Part shown: piece by piece, positions 13,830-27,669 of the stretch
Position numbering within the stretch: position 1 is the first letter of the stretch
Layout: each line of letters starts with the position of its first letter
DNA from: Octopus vulgaris
Taxonomy: Eukaryota
Assembly: GCA_951406725.2 (NCBI GenBank)
Contig: OX597827.1
Span: 8,370,001 to 8,434,000, forward strand
DNA: 64,000 bases
Direction: 5' to 3'
The notes under the pieces: model-generated
Told to the model about the DNA's origin: nothing
What the model saw: the letters and a program-made list of their open reading frames with translations, nothing else
Databases searched by the model: none
Program-made: the position numbers and the translations under genes

Positions 13830-13864
<35 letters not shown>

Positions 13865-14734
13865 AAAGAAAAGAAATGTAAGAGTCACAGAAAGTTTGCA
13901 TACTAAAATTTATAGTGATATTAGGATGATATTACATCATTACATCATTACATCATCACAAATTAAATATATATTTATATACATGGTGACTATATGGCAA
14001 AATGCTTGATAGGTGTGAAACCAATGGTCATTCTCTGACTGGCCATAACAATTAGTTGCTTCCTAAACAAATATATTACTGCTCTAATGTTTTAGAGTCA
14101 ACTTCTTTTCCAGGTATATGAAATACTAACGATATATATATATATACACACTTAGGTTTCAGTCTGATTTAGCCTAGGCCATGGTTAACTTTGCAGTACC
14201 ACCTAGAAAAGGTATTTAATGATGCTTCATATTACAGTTATTCTTTGAGCACCATTGCCCATTAGAGAAAAGAGTTATTGTCTGCAAATATATATCTAAG
14301 TGTTGGTGGAATTTGTTGGAGATATTCATCCAGGAACTTTTTGAATGTCATAAGATTTTTTTTCCTTCTCTTATATATATCTTGATATGATATTAAAGGG
14401 AGTAGTGTCAGGTGAGGTGAAATAATTTTGTCTTAGTGTTGTGATGTGACAGGAACATGATTTTTGTTGAGGATTGATAGTTATATATATCATCATCATC
14501 ACCAACATTATCATCATCATCATTTAACATCCATCTTCCATGCTGACATAGGTTGGACGGTTTGACAGGAGCCAGCCAAGTAGAAGTCTACACCAAGCTA
14601 CTGTGTCTGTTTTGGCATAATTTTTATGCTTTCCTAACACCAACCAGCCCATAGAGTGGACTGAGTGCTTTTTTCTTGTGTATATATAAATACACACACA
14701 TATATACATAGACACATACACACAGATATATATA

Positions 14735-15408
14735 TCATCATCATCATCATTTAACGTCCGCTTTCCATGCTAGCATGGGTTGGACGATTTTGACTGAGGG
14801 CTCGCGAACCAGATGGCTGCACCAGGCTCCAATCTTGTTCCGGCAGAGTTTCTACAGCTGGATGCCCTTCCTAATGCCAACCACTCCGAGAGTGTAGTGG
14901 GTGCTTTTTACATGCCACCAGCACAGAGGCCAGTCAGGCGGTACTGGCAATGACCTCGCTCAAATAATTTTACACATGCCACCGGCACAGGTGCCACTAA
15001 GGCGACGTTGGTAACGATCACGCTATATATATATATATATATATATATTAGGCCTCATGGAGGCAATGTGGTCAATGCTGATATCACGTAACTGACACTT
15101 GTGTTGGTGGCACATAAAAAGCACCATTTGAGTGTTGGGCCTCACAGAGGTAATGTGGCTGATGCTGGTGCCATGTAACCACTGGCACCCGTACCAGTGG
15201 CACTTAAAAGCACCCATTACCCTTTCAGAGTGATTGGCTTTGGGTAGAGCTTCCACCCATAGGAACCATGTCAAATCAGACTGGAATCTGGTGCAGCCCT
15301 TCAGCTTACCAGGCTTGATCGAAATGTCCAACCCATGCCAGAATGGACAACAAATGTTCAATAATAATGATGATGATGAGGAGGGGGAGGATGATGATGA
15401 TGATGATA
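14735..15408. mobile_element. Two family E copies in inverted orientation separated by (TA)n
   Basis: 14735-15022 lies on the minus strand and ~15050-15408 on the plus strand. Their tails point outward. Confidence 0.8.
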
Positions 15409-15843
15409 ATATGCATATGATGTGTTTATCTGATTACTCATTTTACCCAGTTTGTCTTTGTGGTTTTGTTTATGTAGATAGTTTAGTATGTTGTATATAG
15501 TTTTACACACATATAATATACTACACAAATATATATTTACAGTAATGTAAGAATGTGACAATCTTTATTAAACAAAAATTTATAATCCTTTACGAAATAT
15601 TTAAATGTTTTTAATGTTTTTACAATTCTGTGACAAGTAATCGCTGATATCAACGTTCATAAAAAAACAACAACAAATCACTTCATACTCTAGTGATGAC
15701 ATTCAAGTTTACATTGATGAAATTAAAGTTGATGAGGATGAAGTCAAGATAGATGACATTGTAATTGAGACTGGAGATAACGAAATTGAGGCTGACATTG
15801 ACAAGATAAAGGCTGATAATGATGAATTTGAGAGAGTAAACCT

Positions 15844-15878
<35 letters not shown>

Positions 15879-15936
15879 TATATATACACCCACAAACATA
15901 CATGTGTATGTATACATATGCATATATATATACATG

Positions 15937-15972
<36 letters not shown>

Positions 15973-16022
15973 CACAAACATACATGTGTATATATATAGG
16001 TATACATATACATACATATATA

Positions 16023-16088
<66 letters not shown>

Positions 16089-16269
16089 TAGATCGATAGA
16101 TAGATAGATACATACATGCATACATACATATACATACCCACCTACACACATGCACACATGCACGCGCACACATATGGATGTATGAATATTTGAGTATACA
16201 CATATATACTCACCACACATGTATACATTCGTATATAGAGACACCCAGACAGACAGATATTCATATCAG

Positions 16270-16510
16270 CAAAAGGAATATTTGAGGAACATTACCATCA
16301 GAACTTCTATCTGACGCAAAGATAACAGGCTAGACATCGTTATTTGGCTTCAGAGAGATAAAGTCATATACAGTCATAGGTGATAGCTGCCCTGCACTTG
16401 TGAATGTCTCTTCTAAAATCAGTGAGAAGGAGAATATCTATACACACAAATACTTCAAAACTTGTAGAATCTCTGCCTTGATTATAAATCTATATCTATA
16501 CCAATAATAA
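16270..16510 (+). mobile_element. Decayed restriction-like endonuclease fragment of an R4/Dong-type non-LTR retrotransposon
   Basis: Translates across frameshifts to DNRLDIVIW ... SCPALVNVSSKISEKENIY ... DYKSISIPII. This parallels NRPDIVV...VSIPADDNMSLKEMEKLSKF...TIPII at 33330-33700. Confidence 0.65.
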
Positions 16511-16534
16511 CACTAACAATCATTGGCATTTATA

Positions 16535-17067
16535 CCTCGTCTGGCTTCCGTGTCGGTGGCACGTAAAAAGCACCAACCATCCATGGCCATTGCTAGCCTA
16601 CCCTGGCACCTGTGCCAGTGGCACGTAAAAAGCACCATCCGTACGTGGCTGATGCCAGTGCCACCTTGACTGGCTTCCGTGTTGGTGGAACGTAAAAACC
16701 ACCAACCGATCGTGGACGTTGCCAGCCTCCCCTGGCACCTATGCCAGTGGCACATATAAAAGCACCATCCATACGTGGCCGATGCCAGCGCCGCCCTTGA
16801 CTGGCTTCCGTGTTGGTGGCACGTAAAAACCACCAATCGATTGTGGCCGTTGCCACCTCCCCTGGTACCTGTGCCGGTGGCACATAAAAAGCACCCACTA
16901 CACTCATGGAGTGGTTGGTGTTAGGAAGGGCATCCATCTGTAGAAACATTGCCATATCAGACTGGAGCCTGGTGCAGCCTTCTGGCTTCCCAGACCCCAG
17001 TTGAACCGTCCAACCCATGCTAGCAGGGAAAACGGATGTTAAACGATGATGATGATGATGATGATGA
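16535..17067 (+). mobile_element. Family E retroposon with six internal repeat units
   Basis: Units start at about 16541, 16603, 16670, 16732, 16801 and 16862. The element has a (GAT)n tail. Confidence 0.9.
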
Positions 17068-17628
17068 ATAGGAGTAGGTATAGTTGTATGGTAAGAAGTG
17101 AAGTTTGCTTTCCAACCACATGGTTCTGGGTTCTGGGTTCAGTCCCACTGCATGGCACCATGGGCAAGTGCCTTTTACTATAGTCGCAGGCTGACCAAGA
17201 CCTTGTGAGTGGATTTGGTAGACAAAAACTGAAAGAAGCCCATCATATGTGTGCATGTGTGCATGTGTGTGTGTGAATGGGTACGTATGTGTCCTTACCT
17301 TCGAAACACGCATTGAGTCGAACCAGGGGCAGCTGATGAAGGGGAATTTTCCTTGTGTTGTTTGTCTTGTACTCTGTTTTTTCGTTGTTAAAAAAAGTCC
17401 GTTTCCATGTTTGTTTTTACGTTTTCGTTTCCCGTTGAGTTCTACGTCTATTTGTGGTGTCCTGTACTCACATGTATATATATTTATATATGCATGTATA
17501 TATACATGTAGATGTATGTACGTACATATATGTATGTATGCATATATTTTATTTATTAAATTATTGTATGACTGAGCGCCCTCGCGTCATTTCGTTTTGT
17601 TTCTTTCCTTTTCTCCAAGTAAGTTTTC

Positions 17629-17672
<44 letters not shown>

Positions 17673-17911
17673 ATATATATATAGTTCAAATTTACAGCAA
17701 ACAAAGGACAAAGACAGGTGTAGGAACAACAAGCAGGTGTAATAGTTTAACACTTGAGAAGAATGGAATACATGGTTTCTAATACATAGAGTTTCATATC
17801 TAGCCACAAGCATGTGTATGTTTATGCTAAGTTTTTGGAGCGTTTTACATATTTTAACAATATAGTCTTCTAATTTACTTTCTTCTTTCTTGTCAAGAGT
17901 GTCCTAATTTC

Positions 17912-17952
<41 letters not shown>

Positions 17953-19132
17953 ACGCATGTGTACATACAGGTATGTGAATGTGTGCACGCATGTTTACAT
18001 GCAAGTATGTGTGCATGTGTGTGTGTGTGTGTGCATATGCATGTACGTGTGTGTGCATGGGTATGCATGCATGTGTGTCTGTATACAAAGAATTCTGCAC
18101 AGTTTTCTGTCTACCAATTTTCACTCACAAAACAACTGCTCAGCTGAAGGCTATGGTATAAGACAATTACCAAAGACATAATAATGTAATGGCATCGAAG
18201 CCTGCAACCGTGTGGTTGTGAAGAGAAACATCTTAACCACACAGCCATACCTGCATGTACAAACAAATGGAATTCTAAATAGAATTGTCAAAACATCAAG
18301 CATTACAACGACCATCATTATTGGAAGTGTCTCTTTTCGGTATAACCTTACTAAATAGCACGAACAAAACAGAGTTGACATTGATAAGTCATTAGTGAAA
18401 CCAGAACCAATTTAGTGGTAACATTATAATGATATAGAGAGAAAACTAATACTAGTCAACTCAATGGGAATTGGGCATATGAAAATAGAATAGTGTATTG
18501 GAAACGTTGATGTAGAAACGGTTGGAAGTGATTAAAAATGGAAAATAAAATTATAGAAATTGCTTCCATCATGAAATTATATTACGTATATTACTCATAA
18601 AAATATCAATTACAGAAATCTATTTCATTTTGAAATGGTTTCCATAGAAAAGATGTGACAATAAGTGTATTACCATTCTTATTATTTGCCAAACTAGAAA
18701 GACATTTGAGGCTGTTTAATAAACTTTTAGTGAGAGATCTCACTCAAACGCAGTCAGAACCGAATTTTGTTTTGTATAAGGTTAACAATATGTTGACGAC
18801 TTCTTCAGAAAGTAATATTTGATTGCGTTTAATAATTCTGTCAAGAAATCTTCAAGAAAATCTATGTCAATAACCACTGAACTAAATATGTACTAAGATT
18901 TAATGGTGACTTACACAATGGTATAAGAGTATTGCCTTGGAAATGTCTAATGTAAGCAGAGGTATAGGTGTCTGGTTGAGAAATTGGCTTTTGTAAATGT
19001 TAATGTTACTAGTTTGATTCCACTGGTTAATACCTTGGGTAAATGTCTTCTGATGTAACCTCAGGTAGGTCAATAGTTTGTGAGTGGAATTAGGTAAACA
19101 GAAAGTGTATGCAGAGGTCTGTCATACATACA

Positions 19133-19165
<33 letters not shown>

Positions 19166-19180
19166 CACACACATTTATAC

Positions 19181-19297
<117 letters not shown>

Positions 19298-19708
19298 CAT
19301 GCATCCATACATGGTGGCTGCCCCCTCGTTATCGAGTATGGCCATTGCACGAAGCTTAATCAATGTTGTCATCGAGCAATGCCTGTGCAAGAAGATTTTT
19401 TTTAAAGTGAGGAAAAGCTGTGCACTGAGTCAATCCCACTCACTAAGCAACAACAGCCATAATCCGAAAAGGAGAACAAGTCAACATCATCAGTAACTAC
19501 TGAGCCGCAGGTTTTATGTCGGAGTTATCCCAGTTACCTGAGTTACCTTCTCCTAGAAGGATGCCCTAACAAAGGCTAGGAGTCCTTCACTCCCAATGGT
19601 TTAACCGTGCGATTGGGTATTCAGTCCAATTATTTCTATGTCCCTGCGCAGGATACAGCCCTAAGACATTTATTGGATGGCCGTTGACTCTCAAGAGTTC
19701 CTCCGCCC

Positions 19709-19739
<31 letters not shown>

Positions 19740-20525
19740 CATACATACATACATACATACATACATACATACATACATACATACACACATACATACATAC
19801 ATACATACATACATACATACATACATACATACATACATACATGCATGCATACATACATACACATACATACGTACATGCATATACATACATATTTTTAATG
19901 GACTTCTACCAAGTTTCTGGTTACCAAATTGTGTGCTAAATAAGGCTAGAGTCAATACAGCAGCAGCATTCCAGCAATGAAAGCAGTAAAAGACTAAAAG
20001 AATGGTTTTTTTTGGTTTTAACAGTGTTGTTGATTACAGAACAACTCATTTTTAAGAAACGAGCAGAAAACTGAATTTGCAACAACAGTTTGTTGGTTCA
20101 GTGTTGTCATTTTAAACTTTCCTTATGTTTACTGTTGTAATTAAGGAAGCAGAATAATCACCAGAGAATCAGAGAATCTATAATACCTGAGGCAGGTGTA
20201 AAACAAAGAAAAAGAAAAGAAAAACTATTTTGCATAGGATCAGAGATAAACATCCTACAAGTGAAGTCAACTACTAATTTTCAATTCTAGAGTACATCCA
20301 TTTCACTAACATCCTCCTCCTCCTCCTCCTCCTCCTCCCCCTCCCACTCATCCTCCCCCTCTTCCTCATCATCATCATCATCGCCGCAACTCTCTCACTC
20401 TTTCTTCTGTTGGTCTGCTCACTTAGCCAGCGGGGTGGCATCATTTCAAGGCTAAAACAATGCGAAGCGCATTGTGACCAGCGATGTGTAGCAACATCTG
20501 ATAGCCTGGTCGGTCACGTGATATA

Positions 20526-20572
<47 letters not shown>

Positions 20573-21827
20573 ATATACACACATACACAACAAACCTCTT
20601 TCAGTTTCTATCAACAAAATTCACTCTCAAGCCTATGGTCAGTACTAAGAGTAATGTAGAAGACACTTACTCAAGTGCCATGCAGTAGGACTGAACCAAA
20701 AACCATGTGGTTGGGGAGCAAATTTCTTAACCACACAACCATGTCTGCACCTTACATTACTAATATTCTTAGAAAATTTCAACCTTAATTTAGTAAATGA
20801 ATATGCTGTTTGCGAAGGCCAAATACAATTCATAAAATGAAAATAGTTAAAAATTACAAGAGATTTATTGGCAGTTTCAAGATTTAGATTAGGATTTAAG
20901 ATGGTAGAAAAACGGAACGAATTATTAATGGAATGCTTGTGTAAATGTAATTGAGAAGAGAGTATGAGAAATCTGTAGTAGTAAACTTTAAAAATGTATT
21001 TTGAAGAGATAACAAGAGAAAAGTGCTTCCAACCCCACCTAAGTTTCTTTTTCTTATAACATCCACAAACACACACACACACACACACACATATGCATGC
21101 ATATACACACTCCACATGCATGCATATGCACACATACATACATGCACACATACATACAGATGCACACACAATGTACTAATGAGAAAATACTTGACTATCA
21201 ACTAGGAGAGAGTTTGGCAATAACATTGAAGGCATTTTTTTCAACATTTCATATGAGATTTTAATGATTTGTGAAAAATAATCACCACAGAGTGCCCATA
21301 ACCATTTAAAACTAAACTACTTAAGACCCCCCAAAAATATGTAAATAAAGGAATGAAAATAAAAGAACAGGAAATGAAAGAGATCAGAATATCAGCGAAC
21401 CCTATTAAAAATGTTTCTTGAAATAATAATCATTTTATGCAATTCATGTCATAAGTGCAAAAACTCAGCTCCCATATTGGTGGATCCCAACCTTTTCACT
21501 ATTAAGGATTCCATCTATTTAAATGAATTTTCCCCATGGACTCCAAATGTCAGAAATGTCTGTCAACTAAATAAGCCAATTTTATTAACAAGAAACTCAT
21601 TTCCCTAGTTATATGTTTCTGTTGAAAGGCATCTGTAAATGAATAATCATGAGAGATAAAAAGCCCGTTAAGGCTAAAACACTGCAAAATGAAAGGCAAA
21701 ATTGAAAACAGAACATCGGTTGAATTTCACCTTGCATTTCTTTGATCATTTGGGATTAAGACCCGTTGTCTAGGTATTCCCTTTTGTATTTCATTTTGCA
21801 TTGTTTCAGCGATAACAAATTTTTATC

Positions 21828-22219
21828 CTGGCCCCCGTGCCGGTGGCACGTAAAAGCACCATCCACTCGCATCCATTGCCAGCCTCGCCTGGCCCCCGTG
21901 CCGGTGAAACGTAAAAGCACCATCCGTTCGTGTCTGTTGCCAGCCTCGCCTGGCCCCCGTGCCGATGGCATGTAAAAAGCACCATCCGTCCGTGGCCGTT
22001 TGCCAGCTCCGTCTGGCACCTGTGCGGGTGGCACGTAAAAAGCACCCTCTACACTCACGGAGTGGTTGGCGTTAGGAAGGGCATCCAGCCGTAGAAACAC
22101 TGCCAGATCTGAGTGGGCCTGATGCAGCCTTCCGGCTTCACAGACCCCAGTTGAACCGTCCAACCCACGCTAGCATGGAAAACGGACGCTAAATGATGAT
22201 GATGATGATGATGATGATG
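21828..22219 (+). mobile_element. Family E retroposon with four internal repeat units
   Basis: Repeated CTGGCCCCCGTGCCGGTGGCACGTAAAAGCACC, the conserved 3' region and a (GAT)n tail. Confidence 0.9.
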
Positions 22220-23069
22220 AATATGACAGAAGTCTTCACTCAGATTAATCTTGGTTTGTCCACATTATTCTGTAAGGAACATAGGGTTGGTTTCCTGGCT
22301 TCTCTGGCATATATATGGTACTCCCTCGATGGGGCAGGTCTATTGCAGGATTACTCCCTTTTACCAGCTGAGTGGACTGGAGCAATGTGAAATGAAGAGT
22401 TTTGCTCAAGAACACTATGCATTGCCCGGTCCAGGAATCGAAACCACAAACTTACAATCACTCAGGCTACTCTATTCGAATAATCATGTATAACTGAGTT
22501 TGTTCATTCATTCGTTTTGCATTTGTTTTTCCATACTAGAATTGGTTTGGAAGGAGAATTTCACATTTTAAAGTAGGATTTCACAGCTGAATGCTCTTTC
22601 TCTCACCAATCTTCCCATGTTTTACAGTCAAGGGAGAAATTTTTTTTTAGGTTACAGGCTTTCAAAAACTAAGAACGAGTGATAATAATGTCAAAAAGGG
22701 ATGCCCACATCAGCATCAGCATCATATCACTCAAGTCAGGACAGCTTGGAATATAAGCATACATGTGCTTTCACACACACACACACACACACATTTGTAT
22801 TTATAGGTTCACAGCAGAATTCCTTCAGTTTCTATCTATCAGATTCCTTCACATTACATTAGTCAGTTTGGGCTCTACAGAAAATACTGAAAGTGTTATG
22901 CAGTAGGATTGAACCTGAAACCACAAGGGTGTGAAGTAAACTTCTTAGCCACACAGTCATGCCTACAAAAAGCCCTCAGTGGGACTTAACTCAAAACTAT
23001 ATGACTGTGAAACGAACCCCTTGACCACAATGCCATGAGTGCACTTATCCACTGTATACTGTTGCATTT

Positions 23070-23593
23070 TTGGCATCTGTGCTAGCGGGGTGCAAAGAGC
23101 ACCATACGAGTGTGATCATTGACAGAGCGGATAACTGGCTTCCATGCCAGTGGCACTTAAAAGGCACCATTCGAGTGTGATCATTACTAGCATCGCCTTA
23201 CTGGCTCTTGTGCCCGCGCTAGTAGGGTGCCAGGAGCACCATCTGAGCGTGACCGTTGTCAGAGCGGCTAATTGGCTTCCGTGCCAGTGGCACATAAAAG
23301 GGCATCGTTCGAGCGTGATTGTTACCAGTGTCGCTGGTGGCATGTGTAAAAAGATTCGAGCAAGGTTATTGCCAGTACCGCCTGACTGGCCCCCATGCCG
23401 GTGGCACGTAAAAAGCACCCATTGCACTCTCGGAGTGGTTGGCATTAGAAAGGGCATCCAGCCTGTAGAAACTCTGCCAGATCAAGATTGGAGCCTGGTG
23501 CAGCCATCTGGTTCGCCAGCCCTCAGTCAAAATCGTCCAACCCATGCTAGCATGGAAAGCAGACGTTAAACGATGATGATGATGATGATGATG
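23070..23593 (+). mobile_element. Family E retroposon, second subfamily
   Basis: Same 3' region with GATCAAGATTGGAGCC variant, shared with 37349, 14735 and 63167. Confidence 0.85.
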
Positions 23594-24325
23594 TCACAGC
23601 TCAAAGACCCCCAGTACTAACTTTGAGGATCCCAGGTTGGAAACTACAGCTCTGGAATATGACAATGCTTGCACCATTAGAGAAAATGACATTGAGATGA
23701 TTATATATAACACTTACTGATTCAGACAAGGCTAGACTGAGTAACAGTACGGTAACATTAATACACTAATGCTGGAGGAACTTTTAAATACAACTTGTTG
23801 ATTAACATTTTCTTTTATATTTAAACTACAGCCTGTTTATTGAATAATCTGTAAATCCTGTTACTCTGTAGGACTGTAAAATCAGCATAATAAAAATATA
23901 TTCAATTGTATTTAAATTTATGAACAAAACTATAAAATCGAAATATGAAAAAAATATTTCATGGCCATATTAATGTATTGCAATACAAGAAAGCAATATT
24001 TATTATTATTTAAACATTTATGACTATGAATGTCCTTTGATTCAATATTTTATGGTATTGGCAAGACTTAATACTATATAGTATGATTCAGTGGCATGTG
24101 CTATGCTTTCACTTGTCTAAGGTGTCTCTGTAGTTATGAGCTGGTATATATTTCCACTCTTGACTCAATGGAACGTTGAGGATGTGACACCAGCAGGGTG
24201 AGAGGGTTGCATTAGAATTCAACTAGGATTCATTTTCAGCTAAAAATACTCAAGTAATATAAAATTAAGGGCTTTGTTCAAGGATACAACGTGACAGCTG
24301 GTCCAGGAATAAATAAATGAAAATA

Positions 24326-24701
24326 AATGCGCTCTTTTAGAGCCTAGCCAGGCTCATGGGCCTGATTTCCCGGTTTCAATGTCGTATGTGTTCCCCACCT
24401 GGACTGGATGCTAGTCCATTGCAGCGTTACTCATTTTTGCCGGCTGAGTGGACTGGAGCAGCGTGAAATGACGTGTTTTGCTCAAGAACACAGCGCATCA
24501 CCCGGTCCAGGAATCGAAACCACAATCTTACGATCGTATGTGTTCTTCAGCTGGACGGAACGTCAGTCCATCACAGCGTTACTCATTTTTGCCAGCTGAG
24601 TGGACTGGAGCAGCGTGAAATGAAGTGTTTTGCTCAAGAACACAGCGCGTTGCCCAGTCCAGGAATCGAAACCACAATCTTACGACACCCTAACCACTAA
24701 G
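24326..24701 (-). mobile_element. Family C-related SINE with internal ~150-bp tandem duplication
   Basis: 24383-24533 is repeated at 24534-24685. Confidence 0.8.
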
Positions 24702-25398
24702 CCTGAAAGCCCAACACTTTAATTACTAGGCTACATACCAGTCTCTTAGTATTTAAACATAGTAGTAATAAAAATACACAAAAAAAAGATGTAGTAGTGA
24801 AAATAGTGTATTTGATATTGTCTTCTCTATTATTTTCATTGTTGAACAAATTTCTTGATCTACTGTAAACTATTGTCTAGAAATAGAGAAATCTGTAGTT
24901 GGCATTGAACAGTCACTACACAATTAAAAATAAAAGGCCCCCAACACATCTGAGTGCACTATCTCCAACTAGGCAGACTTGAATTGATTTAAAACTGACA
25001 CAGTAGGGAATATGAGAGAAAATTGAATTAGCCATGCTTATCCTTTTTCAATGTCCTTCAAACCTTGACTAGAAATAAAATTGAAAAAAAAAACAATAAA
25101 TAAATAAATTTTAAAAATAAAATAAAATAAAATATATAAAATTAGATATAAAATCAATAAATAAAAATATTAAATAAATGAATCAAAAACTTCTCCTTAT
25201 TAACTGACTAATTAGCTTCAAATAACATCAGATTTCAAGATAGACCTTGTTAGAATAGGGAAGGAAACTTTTGGCTGCAGGCATCTCCACAAAAAGTAAA
25301 TAAAATAAATGAATAAAAACAAACTAAACAAGCCAACTTATATAGCTACCATTAATTTCTATGGCAACCAATCAGAGCAATTATTCTCTGGTACATAC

Positions 25399-25543
25399 CT
25401 GGCAACTCTTCCTTGCGTCCGCTGCCATCATCACCCCATCCACTTCCACTGTCAATTCCTGACAGCGTGGATGTTTCACTGTAGCGATATGGGATGTGAA
25501 CCGCTGCCTCATCAAGTTTCTTATGACCTGGTATCTTAGTTGC
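25399..25543 (-). CDS. Candidate internal coding exon of an unidentified gene
   Basis: Unique sequence of about 50% GC with a strong donor CAG|GTATGT. The first AG after a pyrimidine tract gives AAAG|GCA. The frame reads ATKIPGHKKLDEAAVHIPYRYSETSTLSGIDSGSGWGDDGSGRKEELP with G-rich first codon positions. The acceptor and frame are uncertain. Confidence 0.5.
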
Positions 25544-26060
25544 CTTTCAGATACACGGTTGTGCATCACAAAGTTGAAAGACCAAAGCCGAAAGGAGAAA
25601 AAGCTAGTTATTATAATTTGATTTAATGAAACAAATATACAATAGCAAAAAATAAAATAAATAAATAAAAATTGATAATGATAATTTTGGGGGGAAAAAA
25701 ATAACATTTCTTAATTAGGCCTAAAGCCTTAGATTATTCATATAATACCACCACACCATTTGGCTCAGGAACATCACATGTAAAGAGCTATAAGCTTCTA
25801 ATAAAGTAATCTTTTTCTTTTTATTCTTTTCTTTTCATTTGCCAATTTTTGTAAGAATTGATTAGTTTAATACGACAGATGTGTGGTTAAGATGTTTGGT
25901 TTGCAATCATGTGGTTCTGGGTTTGATCCTACTTCATAGCATGTTGAGCCGAGTGTATATATTCTATCAAACCATAGCCTTGGGTTGACCACCTGACCGA
26001 TACCTCGTGAGTGAAATTTGGTCGATTAAATATATTTGGTAACTAGTCATATAAATACGT

Positions 26061-26096
<36 letters not shown>

Positions 26097-26132
26097 ATAC
26101 AGACAGACAGACAGGTAGGCAGACAGATAGAC

Positions 26133-26435
<303 letters not shown>

Positions 26436-26866
26436 CAGACAGACACACTCACATATACATACATAGACAGACGTGTATTTATGTGTGTGTAGCTAAAGGA
26501 TATGGACATCAATAAATCAGTAGATTAAACAAAAGAATCAGGTAATATTTGTTTTACTTAAGTCACAAGAGTTTCTCTGCAGCCAACTTTGATGCAGGAA
26601 ATGCAATGAGTCAGGGATTGACCTGTGGGGAGCCTATAAGCGATGTTACTATACTTCACAAATGTGTTGTGTAGAATGAACATTAGCATAAAATATTAGT
26701 CTTAAATGTAGATTTCCTTTGTTAGGTGCTGTGGTTAAGAAGCTTGCTCTCTAACCATGTCGTCTTAGGTTCAGTTCCATGTATGGCACTTTGGGACAAA
26801 TGTTGCCTTCTACTATAGCTCTGAAATAACCAAAGCCTGGTGAGTGGAAACTGAAAGAAGCCCTGT

Positions 26867-26901
<35 letters not shown>

Positions 26902-26956
26902 CGCAATGTGTGTGTACCTTTGTCCTAACATCACATGGTGGTTGTAAAAGAGCATT

Positions 26957-27373
26957 CCTTATTTCTTTGTTGTCCACAAGGGGCTAAACATAGAGGGAAC
27001 AAACAAGGACAGACAAAGGGATTAAGTCAATTATATCGACCCCAGTGCATAAGTGGTACTTAATTTATCGACCTCAAAAGGATGAAAGGCAAAGTTGCCC
27101 TCGGCGGAATTTGAACTCAGAATGTAATGACAGACGAAATACCTATTTTTTTACTACCCACAAGGGGCTAAACACAGAGAGGACAAGCAAGGACAGACAA
27201 ACAGGTTAAGTCGATCATATCGACCCCCCAGTGAGTAACTGGTACTTGTTTAATCGATCCTGAAAGGATGAAACACAAAGACGACCTCGCCGGAATTTGA
27301 ACTCAGAATGTAACCGTAGACGAAATACTGCTAACCATTTCGCCCGGCATGCTAAAGTTTCTGCCAACTCGCC
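26957..27373 (-). mobile_element. Family B SINE, partial tandem dimer
   Basis: Two consecutive reverse-complement copies of the 58421-58651 sequence, joined at ~27142. Confidence 0.85.
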
Positions 27374-27638
27374 ATCTTACTGCCTTACAACTAATGTTCA
27401 TTTCCATCCCTCTGCCTTGAGAAATATTACATTATTTTGGAAACACGTGAGAGTTGGTGACAGGAAAGGCATCTAGTTGTAGAAAATCTTCCTCAACAAA
27501 TTCTGTTTGACACATGTAAGCATGAAAAAGTGAGCTTTGAATGATGGTGATAACTACAAGCCTTATACTTGTGTTTCCTACCAATTTAAGGAAAAGAAAT
27601 CAAAATTAACCTCAGAGCATGGAAAGCGGACGTTAAAC

Positions 27639-27669
<31 letters not shown>

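Noticed and set aside
13981-14035. GAAACCAATGGTC palindromic half-site
   Set aside because: No consistent core plus stem I and stem II could be assigned.
16541-16900. CRISPR-like repeat-spacer appearance
   Set aside because: The intervening segments are homologous to each other, the array is part of a dispersed retroposon, and there are no cas genes in this eukaryotic context.
17298-17352. Permuted hammerhead (CGAAAC...GTC...CTGATGA)
   Set aside because: Stems I and III do not pair.
19315-19710. HDV-like ribozyme in a probable retroposon fragment
   Set aside because: The nested double pseudoknot (P1.1, J4/2) could not be assigned by eye.
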